From NCBI GenBank assembly GCA_032718475.1, contig JAUCBJ010009009.1:12113-76112 (forward strand): a stretch of 64,000 bases of DNA, read 5' to 3'. The position numbers and the translations under genes were made by a program. This DNA is from Nemertoderma westbladi. Taxonomy: Eukaryota; Animalia; Xenacoelomorpha. A model generated the notes under the pieces. It was given only the letters and a program-made list of their open reading frames with translations. It made no database searches and had not been told where the DNA came from. This document shows positions 53,691-64,000 of the stretch, piece after piece. Numbering within the stretch: the stretch's first letter is position 1; the number at the start of each line of letters is the position of its first letter.

Positions 53691-54879
53691 AATTATTGAT
53701 TTGATTGGTTGGACGGATTTGGCGGGAATTTCAATATGCCTGAGATCGGGATCGGAATTATCCATCGGGATCCCGTTGCAACACTAATGTACATAGATAG
53801 TAGCTATATTGTCATATCATATACACAGTATATTACGAAGTTCTTGGTTATATAAGATTATGAGAAGGTAGCTTGTGGGGCGAGCCACGAAAGTAAGCGA
53901 GCTTAGCATACAGGTACCCGCTCTGTAGATCCATGTTTCTTCGTTAATAACTCAGTCAATCCTCGATGAAATATAACCAATCTTGGTACGCGTATTTTGT
54001 TTGGCAAAAGTTTAGAAATTTTAAATAGAATTTGCGTGGGGACTTCAGGACGAGCGCAAGGAGGCTAATGAAGGAGATGAGTATTGTGTTGATAATACTC
54101 CTAAACAACCTGGTTTAGCGTATTGGACGATATGTCATTTTGATCAGTACCGGTAGTGGAGAGTTTTATGCTGTTATTTTGGTCACCTGATGTACAGGAC
54201 GAGTGCAACGAGGGTTGTAATGAAGACGAGTCTGTGTTGACTATAACTCCCATTGAAACTATAGCTAATAAACTTAGGCATGAAGGCCCCACACCGTGTA
54301 AAAACCATTACTAACTAATACAAATGGCGTTTCAGAGCGTCCACCACAGTACAAGTTTGCACTAAAGCCTAAAATATATATTTGGTTGTTTTGTTGGGAG
54401 GTACTTACTTTTTCTAGTTGGTCACGTAGTATCACAACTTGTGTCTCCATTTGATATACCCGGTCATCGTTACGTTGACAATCGTCTTTATGTTGCTGCG
54501 TAATTTATATATTCATTGTAATTTTTAATAATAATCGTATAATATTTTTATTCCGAAATTGTATCATTACTCAACGCCGTTAGTAGTAACAGCGAGTTGT
54601 TATTTAGCACTTTACAACTTTAGAGGACATTACAGCATTGTATTGTCCTGTACATTTAGTATTGTATTTGGTGTTATCCGTTAAGTAATGTCCCTAGCTA
54701 TATTATTATAACATGGCTCCAAACGCCACCATAAATATAATCTAACTTATTTATAACATAATTTATGTCATTTTTACATTTATTTCTACAGCAACTATTT
54801 TAATTTGTGCAGTTTCTATCACTTATGATATATATAAAATCATTTCGTAATGTTACAATTTTGGAATAAAACTACGTAC

Positions 54880-55300
54880 ATACTTGTTGCAAAGTACTTT
54901 ACACGGAGTCTCTAGCCGATCCCCAATTAAATGTCTTAACTTTTCAATTTCGTAGAAGATAGACTTTATGATTCTTTACAAGCAACCAAAATTTTAGCTC
55001 TGGAAAATGAGGCGTTCCCGAGAAATTTTACATTTTCTAAAAACCACATAATCTGTCGTAGCTGACGTCAGACTGCATGATTTTTTACCAAACTTTAGAA
55101 ATTTTCTAAACCTTCCCTCTACTACTTACCTACTAAGTTTGGTTCAATTTCGAATCAGCGATGCCGAGAAATTCGCGTTCAAAGATTTACCAGACGGACG
55201 GACAGACAGAAAGACAGACAGACAGACGGACATTCCCCATTTGCCCTATATGAACCGTATGACAAGCCTCGCCGACTACGTGTCTCGCCCCACAGTCCAT
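54880..55300. mobile_element. Non-autonomous element with an internal (GACA/GACG)n microsatellite, Helentron/DINE-like architecture
   Basis: CAGACGGACGGACAGACAG tract near the end of the element; boundaries approximate and class assignment by resemblance only. Confidence 0.35.
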
Positions 55301-55799
55301 GTTAGCTTATGGTTTTTGTGAATTATTAATGCCTTTGATACATTTTCAAGTTTACAATTTATCCAAAGTTCCTTCTTAAATGGTAGTTTATACATAGCTT
55401 GTGTGACCATTTTTGAAATTTTAAAAATACGGAAATTTTTGTTATTTTTGTTATTGGTAAATGTTCTAGAACATTAGTGGATATGCTCTTTATGGTAGCT
55501 AGAGTTTTTTTTTAAAGCTAGTACTGTAGTATTTTTTGAAATTATATAAAATATGTGAAAACATTGATATTTCAGGTTTAAACTGGTTGCAGAATATATT
55601 AATGACAAAAAATATTGATGATATTATAACAGTTTACAGTATATAGTAGTTTTTTAAATTTTGTTTACATTTTCAAAAAATACTAGCGATTAAAAAAACA
55701 CTAGCTACCATAAAAAATATCTATTAAGGTTCTAGAACATTCATCAATATATAAAAAACACTCAAAAACAATATTACTATTTTTTTATTTTTTGTTCTC

Positions 55800-57880
55800 C
55801 TGTAATTAATAACAGCACCATTACAACCTCTTTTGGCTGGGAGACTTTTTAGCCTTGATAAAAACTCAGGTGTTAAGACCGATTGGAATAGGAGAGGTAG
55901 AAAGACGCATTATAACAACAACTATTGTCAGTGCCTTTAGGGATGACATCATAGCTTGTGCAGGGCCCTTGCAAATCTCTGGGAACCACTTGGGAGAAAT
56001 TGAAGCAGCTGTGCATGCTATAAATTAGAACTTTGACGACCCTGCAACTGAGTACATCCTACTTGTAAATGCAGACAATGCATTCAACCATTTAAACCGT
56101 ACTGCTGCACAACAGAATGTCAGAATTACATGTCCTATCCTATCAACATTTTTCGTCAACCGCTACCGCTGCCCTTCCAAACTCCACGCTGGTAACTCTG
56201 TAATCCTATCAGAAGAAGGGACACCACTCAAGGTGATCCAGGAGCCATCTGTCTCTATGCATTATCAACTCTTGTGTATGAGACCAGCACTAAAACCAAA
56301 AAGGTGTGGTATGCTGATGCTGGTGCAGGAAGTTATAGTCATGTTAGAGCTTGGTGTTCCAAAGCCAAAAGCCAAGTAAATCAGTACTTATTGTTAAACC
56401 AGATTACCAACAAACTGCAGAGAGTGCCTTTGAAAATACATGTGTTTACAGTAACAACCGAAGGTCATAGATATCTGGGATCAGTCCTTGGAAACAACAG
56501 CTACCGTCAAGAGTATGTAGCTGAGAAGGTTGATGAGTGGTCAACACTAGTCACCAATCTCTGTGAGATTGCTTTGTCCCAACCATGCAGCATTTACTTG
56601 TTGGACAGTAAATGTCCAAAAAAAAGGGACCTTCCAGCTGCGCGTCTGTAATGTCGCCCCTGAATGCTACGCCAAAATTGAATCAACCATGAATGACAAG
56701 CTCATACTATCGATAGTTAGTCCAGTATTTTTCATCCACCTGCCACCCAGGACTGGTGGCCTTGGATTGAATAACCCTGTATTACAAGCCTCATCAGAGC
56801 TCAAGGCATCACAGCGCATCTGTAGACCTCTTACCCAAATTGTTGTGGAGCAACGTTTTACTTGCGATTCATCTGTTGTTGACGAAACAAAAGAGATTCG
56901 AAGGAACTTACAAAGTGAAAAGGTCAAAGAGTCTAAAACGTTAAGGGATAATGCAGTGAAACAGCTACCTCAGCATCAGGCTATTGCAGTCAAGCTAGCA
57001 GCTGAACATGGGTCGTCGCTTTGGCAAAGTGCTCGTCCATCTACTGAAGATGGCACTGTGCTGCATAAATCTGACTTCACTGATGCAGTCACGATACGGT
57101 ATGGGCTCCAATTGAATAACTTTCCTACGACGTGTGTCTGTAGCAAATCCTTCGACATCAGACATACAAAACAGGTGGATTTATATCGGCACGACATAAC
57201 GAAGTGAGAAATACCCTTGTTAAAATGATGATGGATGTGTGCCATGATGTCCAAATCGAACCCAAACTTCAACCACTGAGTTCCGAAACAGTCACACGTG
57301 GTACTCTAACCAGTGACGAAGCAAGGCTTGACATCAGTGCTAGGGGATTCTGGAGAAAGGGCAACGAGCATTCTTTGATGTGGGAGTCTTTAATCCTCTC
57401 GCCCAAACCAATTCCTCAAAGTCACTTGTCGACTGCTATCGTACTCATGATCAAGAAAAGATCCTCCAGTATCAAGATCGTGTGATTTCCGTTGAACATG
57501 GCTCTCTGACTCCCCTCGTTTTCTGTGCTACTGGTGGTGCATCCGACCTCACTAACCACTGCGTAAAGCACCTGGCAATTAAACTATCCGACAAACGAAC
57601 GACTATTCAGAGACCATGAGCTGGATCCGCACAAAGCTGTCGTTCTGTCTGTTACGCAGTGCTCCTGTGTGTCAGAGGCACCTCTTCACGTCGACGACAT
57701 TACGCTGTCAATGCAGCGTATTCTATAAAGTATTATAATTATAATTATCCTGCTGTACACTTTGCGTAAGTAGCTGCCCCGTTGCTGTACGCTGTAACTG
57801 TTCTTGCTATAATATAGTGTTGTGTGATATTGTATGTATTATATTGTATTGTACTATATGTATTGTATAATGTATTATAT
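55800..57880 (+). mobile_element. Degenerate CRE-like non-LTR retrotransposon (RT plus restriction-like endonuclease)
   Basis: Frameshifted motifs RPIGIGEVERRI, EAAVHA, LLVNADNAFNHLNR, SEEGT..QGDP, WYADA, GHRYLGSVLG, PPRTGGLGL, EARLDISARGFW, VFNPLA and EHGSLTPLVF; (TATTG)-like tail. Confidence 0.85.
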
Positions 57881-58318
57881 TTAACTTCTTCATGTATTTA
57901 ATATGTTTATATTCTTTTGATTATATTTCGGTAAAAATCTAATAGCTTTATTTTTATTTACAATATTTAGTAATTTATACACTACTATTAGGATTATAAT
58001 AATTATTTTGGTTATAGATTTTCAAAAATACTCGCTAGTAAAAAAACACTAGTTACCATTAAAAACACTAAGGTTCAAGAAACATTCACCAATAAAAAAA
58101 CATTCAAAAGTACAAACAAATAAATTTTCAAAAATTGTTACACAAGCTATTATACTAGTGCCGTTTACTTTTAGCAAATAAGAATATATATCTGTTTCTA
58201 GTTCATTTTTTTTTAAGTAAAAAATATCACTAAATATAATGAACAGTTAAAATTTAAAGTTATTTGGGGACCTACCGAAGTGTTACCTTGGTGACTCTGT
58301 CTACACTGGTAGACCTAC

Positions 58319-58544
58319 CTGTAATAGTTCCCCTACTTCCTTCAACTCAAGCCTCTGCTTTTCCAGATTGTCTTGCGTCAGATTATCTGTACTGCCCTCA
58401 AGATCTGAGGTTGAACAGGAGAAACATGAGACTAGGTTTACATTTTTGGTTGGGGATGCTTGTGGTGTAGATCGAATGTCTTTTGTTGCTCGGGTATAGA
58501 TTGGTCCGTATGTCGTTTCTTTGCATGTGGTGGGTGTAGCACTA
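58319..58544 (-). CDS. Syntaxin-like paralog A, internal exon
   Basis: tactacAG|T then 75 open codons SATPTTCKET...DLEGSTDNLTQDNLEKQRLELKEVGELLQ, then phase-0 donor CAG|GTAGGT, matching the acceptor at 42659. Confidence 0.7.
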
Positions 58545-59183
58545 CTGTAGTATGCAAGAATATTTTTCTTTTAGGTTGTTTTTAAACCACGTGGGTCGTT
58601 ACATTATCTATTTTTTGCTTTGTACAATTACTTGTGGCAACAATAATGTAGTGTTCTAGATCTGTAGATGTTTTATTTCGCTAAATTATCAATAAAAATG
58701 TAGTTCTACAAGAAAAAATTTAGCCACGGCCGGAACCATAAGATACAAAATTTGTTATAGGTACACACTCCCCCCCCCCCCCCCCCCCTCCCCTCAAAAT
58801 TGTTATCATAGTTAGTTTTTGCTATCTTTTTTGGTGATGTAACTGTAAGAAAATTTTAGCCTTTATTTATCATAAAAATATATGTTCTAGAACAAATATA
58901 TTTTGTTCCAGAAGGAATTTTATAAACAAACTCAGCGTCACTGGTGACTGGTTCCATGCTGAAACTCTTGAGCTTTTCGCTAGGCCTACTCATGGTTTTA
59001 GAGATACTGGTAACTCAAATTATTAGAGATTCCACAAGGTGGTGTTAGCGATGTAAAAGTTTGATTCTGTGCCAAGTTGTGTAGTAGCAGCTATTCAATG
59101 CTATATTGTCTCTCCTGTTGTTGTTATTGTGGAGTTAACCTATCTATATATTATTGCAAATATTCAATATGTAAGTTAATTAC

Positions 59184-60003
59184 ACCATGACCCGTAATAT
59201 AGACACGTTCATAACCCCACCCCCCCCCCCCCCCCAAATATTTCTAGTTCAACTCGCCGTGGTTGTTACCACGAAGCTGGAATTTTCGATTTTGCCTTTA
59301 CATTTTTCATAAGCGTTTTAAAAAAGTGTCTTTTGCGAAATCGTACCCTCCGTATCGTGGCAATTCTTCACATTAGTCGTAATTTTTTTCATATCATTAG
59401 AAAGCTTGCGTTGCAAGGATTCCAAATATCTAACAATATCTGAATTTCGTTGAGAAATAGTTGAGATATAGGCGTTCAAAGATTGCAAGAAATATTGTTC
59501 GCTGCAGGCCATTTATTCTATTTAATAAATACACGAAATTCTAGAACGTGTTATTTTTTTATGACATGGTGGGCAACTAACAGTGGTATGCGTATACAAT
59601 ATCTATATTGCGTAGCTATTCATACATAAACAAAATGTTCCAGAACATTGCGTATTTATTAAATGGAGTAAAAGGCCTTCAGCGAACAATACTTCTTGCA
59701 ATTGCAACTGTTTCTCAACGAAATTCAGACATTGTTACATATTTGGAATCCTTGCAACGCAAGCTTTCTATTGATATGAAACAATTACGACTAATGTGAA
59801 GAATGGCAATGATACGGAGGGTGCGATTTCGCAAAAGACACTTTTTTAAAACGCTTATAGAACAAATTTAAAGGCAAAATCGAAAATCACGGCTTCATGG
59901 TCCAACCACAACCACTGTGAGTTGAACTAGTTGTGTTTCAAATTTCAAGCAATATGATAAAGATTTGTCATCAGAAAATGACACTATATTACGGGACATG
60001 GGG
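59184..60003. mobile_element. Foldback/MITE-like element with long inverted arms
   Basis: About 59244-59550 is the reverse complement of about 59630-59930; outer arms CCATGACCCGTAATATAG / CTATATTACGGGACATGG. Confidence 0.8.
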
Positions 60004-60286
60004 TAAATTGTTTTCAAGTTAATAAATTTCTCATTTTTATACAGAATTTTTGATCAACGAGATAAGATCACTAAAAGCTTCACTTCACGGCCTTATAGTG
60101 ATTTGTTGATACATTAGAAAGCTAGCCGTGCAAGGATTCCAAATATGTAACACACTCTGAATTTCGGTGAAAACTAACTGAGATATAAGCGTTCAAATGT
60201 TGCATGGTTGTACACCTGCGGGAGACTATTTTTATTCTATTGAATAAAAACACCATATTCTAGAATATTTTGTTTATGTATGAATA

Positions 60287-60924
60287 ATCCATATTCCATT
60301 TAATTTATTATATAAGTCTCATAAGAACCTTAATATAATATAGTATAATGAAACTAAATCAATTAGCATAATAATTAATTAGTAAGGACGCCAGACAATA
60401 ACATTTCACCAAAGTTCCACTCAACAGTTTCTCCACCGCCGTTCCCCGTTCGTTCCACCAATCGCCACGCCTTGTTGGCCCCGCCCCAATCACTGGCGCC
60501 TCCAGCCGAGGGTGCAGTCTGCCCTGTGGCGGGAGTGGCAGTGGGCGCAACTGCGGCCGAAGGTGTCGTAGCCGCCCACTCGTCGCCGGCCCAGTCCTGA
60601 CCGAATCCCGCAGTCGGTTGGGTCTTCATATCGGCGTGGTTCCCCTCAATCCGGAGCCGTCCCCGAATCCGAGTCCGCGCCAGGAACGCCGTCCACCTCG
60701 AAGACAGAGGGAGCTTGATCGCAGGAGGGCAAATTCCAGTCTCCGACGCACTCCACCCAGGATGCAGGCGAATCCTCGGTTCCTCATGGATTCCCGTCTA
60801 GCCACGAGGGTTTCAGCCAGGTGTCGGATGAGGATCTTGGCCTCTGCGCACCACACTCCGTCGGTGGTACCTACTAGTGGTGTGAAGGCCATGCGCCTGT
60901 CTTCACATACTTCTTTTATAAATA
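60287..60924 (-). pseudogene. Chimeric insertion: 3' end of a CRE-like ORF joined to an RPSA-like C-terminal fragment and 3' UTR
   Basis: FTPLVGTTDGVWCAEAKILIRHLAE...RRRLEFALLRSSSLCLRGGRR followed by an A/T/P-rich peptide with repeated DW/EW; AATAAA near the 3' end; flanked by the direct repeat TGTTTATGTATGAATA. Confidence 0.5.
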
Positions 60925-61600
60925 TGTTTATGTATGAATAGCCACGTAATAGTATTTTTAAAGAGGTATTGCATTGTTGCCCAGCTACGTACTTGTTAAA
61001 CAAAATGTTCCAGAATATTGTGTATTTATTAAATAGAAAAGTTGGCCTGCATAGGAAGCAAATACATGCAACTTTCAAATGCCCATATCTCAGCTATTTC
61101 CCAACAAAATTCTAATGTTTTTTCATTTTTGGAATCCTTGCCTCGTCAGCTTTCCATTAGTACCAACAAATCACTATAAGGTTGACGAATAACTGGAAGC
61201 GGTATTTCGATAATTTTGGATAGCTACCTTGTCCAAAAATTTTAATAAAAAACCCCTCCTTTTAATCAACTAAGACTAACTAGTATTAAATAATTGTAAG
61301 ATTGTTTTTCTTTTAAAAATCAAAATCACTAGCTGAGCCATCGTAATATATTAAGAAAGCTCGGAACGTTTCCCAAAAAATCCTCATTTTGACAGACATC
61401 TAGCTAGTAAATAATTACTAGCTTCTAAAAAGTACTAGCAAGCACAAAATCAAAATTACTAGCTATCATATCTGACTGTAAAATGGACAAATTTTTGTTC
61501 TAGTACAAAAAACCTTATGAAAACAGCCATTATCATTGACAAAAGATTGTAAAAACTGGTATGCATACTAAAGCAGTGGCGGTTTTAGCTGTAGGCCTAC

Positions 61601-61706
61601 TAATGGATTTCTTTGTTTTGGGTTTAACTGTTGTTTTCGTGTCTTGGATAGATGTTGAAATCGTGGATTCGATGGGTGAACTATTTAATTCCTCTCTTGT
61701 GTCCAT
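61601..61706 (-). CDS. Probable first coding exon of syntaxin-like paralog A (MDTREELNSSP...KPKTKKSI)
   Basis: Homologous to 38899-39049, with the same TATA-like box and the same donor ambiguity (61600 or 61568). Confidence 0.45.
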
Positions 61707-62483
61707 TGCGAGTAATTTTTCTTTATTTCGCAACAATAATTAAAGCCAGTTTGTATTTACATGGCCTTATATAAATAGCTGACATGTGATTTCTACGTAT
61801 ACCGGTACTCTAATATTACGTCTGCTACTTAATAAATCGATCATTAAATATTAATTTCTACTTATTAAAGTTCTAAGTTCTAGAAAAATTTTACAGTTTA
61901 TTTACATTAAAATTTAAAAAAATTTTTGTTCTAGAACCTAAATTATATTTCATCAATACCGTTTCTAATGGAAGTCGATCGTAGTATGTACATAATTACA
62001 CGAAGTGGGGCCTTCGCGCAGCACGTGACTTAAATTTAATTTAAGTACTAATTCGAAAGTATTACTGTATTAGCAAATTTTAAGCAGATTTCGCCTAATC
62101 ACTTTTTACCTCTTTCATTTCTATTCAGACATTTCTGACTCTAGCGGTATAGTGAGAACTGAAGATGGATTAGGGTCTCCAGCCCCACAAAGACACAGCC
62201 TATGGATGAATAGTACATACGTACATCGGCCAAGTTTCATCTTGAATAACGGATAACGAAATGAGAGACGGATCTCACTTTCAGAAATTTCGTCGTATAG
62301 CGGCAGACCGATTAAATCTCCCCCCCCCCCCCCCCCCCCCCACAAAGACGCAGCATGTGGTCCAGAATATATGGCAAGATTCAGCTTAAACTGATTAAAA
62401 TCAATGAGACGGGAGAATCTATTCACTTTCAGGCATAAAGTAGTCCTATAGCGGGTGACTGTTGAACTGATTTTCAACAAAAC

Positions 62484-63225
62484 AAATTTTCAACTTGGCA
62501 GCTTTAAATTCGACAAAGTTATAAGCATGTCAATATCATAACGACGACAACGATTTCACTTTCAGACATTTGGCCCTCTAGCGGCAGACTGGAGAACTGC
62601 AGATGGATTCGCCTCCTTTGAAAGTCACAGCTAATGGTCTAATACATATCTGCCAAGTTTCAGCTTAAACGGATTAAAAGCAAAGAAATGGGAGGGCATT
62701 TAATGTTTAGACATGTGGCCCTCTAGCGGGAGACCATTGCACTGATGGTGTCTGAAAGTCTCTCAAAAATCTCAACTTTAGCTCATATTGATACCTACAA
62801 ATTTTCAACTTGGCAGCTTTAAATCCGACAAAGTTATTAGCATGTCAAAATCGTAACGACGACAACGATTTCACTTTCAGACCTTTGGCCCTCTAGCGGC
62901 AGACTGGAGAACTGCAGATGGATTCGCCTCCTTTGAAAGTCACAGCTAATGGTCTAATACATATCTGCCAAGTTTCAGCTTAAACGGATTAAAAGCAAAG
63001 AAATGGGAGGGCATTTAATGTTTAGACATGTGGCCCTCTAGCGGGAGACCATTGCACTGATGGTGTCTGAAAGTCTCTCAAAAATCTCAACTTTTGCTCA
63101 TATTGATACCTACAAATTTTCAACTTGGCAGCTTTAAATCCGACAAAGTTATTAGCATGTCAAAATCGTAACGACGACGACGACAACGACGACGACGACG
63201 ACAACGACGACGACGACGACAACTA
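62484..63225. repeat. 315-bp tandem duplication (about 2.3 copies) ending in an (ACG)n microsatellite
   Basis: CAACTTGGCAGCTTTAAAT recurs at 62491, 62806 and 63121. Confidence 0.9.
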
Positions 63226-63296
63226 TTTGCATAAATTGACCCACCCCCTAACAGTGTCAATTCGCTAAGGCTCCGCCAACTTCGTGGCTCGCCCCA

Positions 63297-64000
63297 CACC
63301 ATGACCCGTAATACAGTGTCATTTTCCGATGACACGGACCCCCCCCAAATTTTTCTACAGATCTTTATCATATTGTTTGAAATTGGAAACACAACTAGTT
63401 CAACTCACCGTGGTTGTTACCATGAAGCCGGAATTTTCGATTTCGCCTTTAAATTTTATTTATAAACGTTTTAAAAAAGTGTCTTTTGCGAAATCGCACC
63501 CTCGGTATCATTGCCATTCTTCACTTTAGTCGTAATTTTTCACATCAATAGAAAGCTTGCGTTGCAAGGATTCCAAATATGTAGCAATATCTGAATTTCG
63601 TTGAGAAACAGTTGCAATTGCAAGAATTATTGTTCACTGCAGGCCATTTATTCTATTTAATAAATACACAATATTCTGGAACAATTTGTTTATGTATGAT
63701 TAGCTACGTAGTATAGATATTGTATAGGCATACCGCTGTTGCCTACCAACTCATAAAATAAATAACACGTTCTAGAATTTTGTGTATTTATTAAATAGAA
63801 TAAATGGCTTGCAGCGAACAATAATTCTTGCAATCTTTGAACGCCTATTTCTCAGCTGTTTCTCAACGAAATTCAGATATTGTTACATATTTGGAATCCT
63901 TGCAACGCAAGCTTTCTATTGATGTGAAAAAATTACGACTAAAGTGAAGAATTGCAATGATACGGAGGGTGCGATTTCGCAAAAGACACTTTTTTAAAAC
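63297..64000. mobile_element. Second copy of the 59184-60003 foldback element, truncated by the window end
   Basis: Same arm sequences (CTAGTTCAACTC.CCGTGGTTGTTACCA.GAAGC, AAAGCTTGCGTTGCAAGGATTCCAAATAT), with inversion centre near 63730. Confidence 0.8.

Noticed and set aside
53700-54800. Candidate myosin exon 3 in the unique sequence after the satellite
   Set aside because: No motor-domain motif found in the plus-strand frames I read, and stops are frequent.
59318-59799. Pair of similar short ORFs (SQRNSDIV...) on opposite strands
   Set aside because: Produced by the inverted arms of a non-coding foldback element.
36281-62341. Poly-C tracts (about 36281, 58769, 59220, 62319) as G-quadruplex regulators
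   Set aside because: Homopolymers lying in or near interspersed repeats; length is unreliable and nothing supports a function.

Overview
Animal genomic DNA, probably an invertebrate (taxon not determined). About two thirds of the window is tandem repeat, and the giant repetitive ORFs in the track are translation artefacts. The real genes are: (i) the 5' end of SRRT/ARS2 on the minus strand, head-to-head with (ii) the first two exons of a class V myosin on the plus strand; and (iii) two tandem, divergent syntaxin-like (Qa-SNARE) paralogs on the minus strand, apparently nested in a myosin intron longer than 52 kb. The ORF track shows these SNARE genes only in part. Both have His at the zero layer, and one has no transmembrane anchor. 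The most striking observation is that intronic tandem arrays are built from splice sites. A 23.6-kb array of 54-bp units is an amplified copy of one syntaxin exon/intron donor junction, which is still single-copy in the sister paralog. A 30-bp array in myosin intron 1 reiterates the acceptor, and its last unit is the predicted 3' splice site. The window also holds 19-, 26- and 30-bp satellites, RTE-, L2- and CRE-like retrotransposon remnants, MITE/foldback elements, a tRNA-like Pol III element, and a chimeric insertion flanked by a 16-bp direct repeat. Family assignments come from recalled motifs; no database searches were run.
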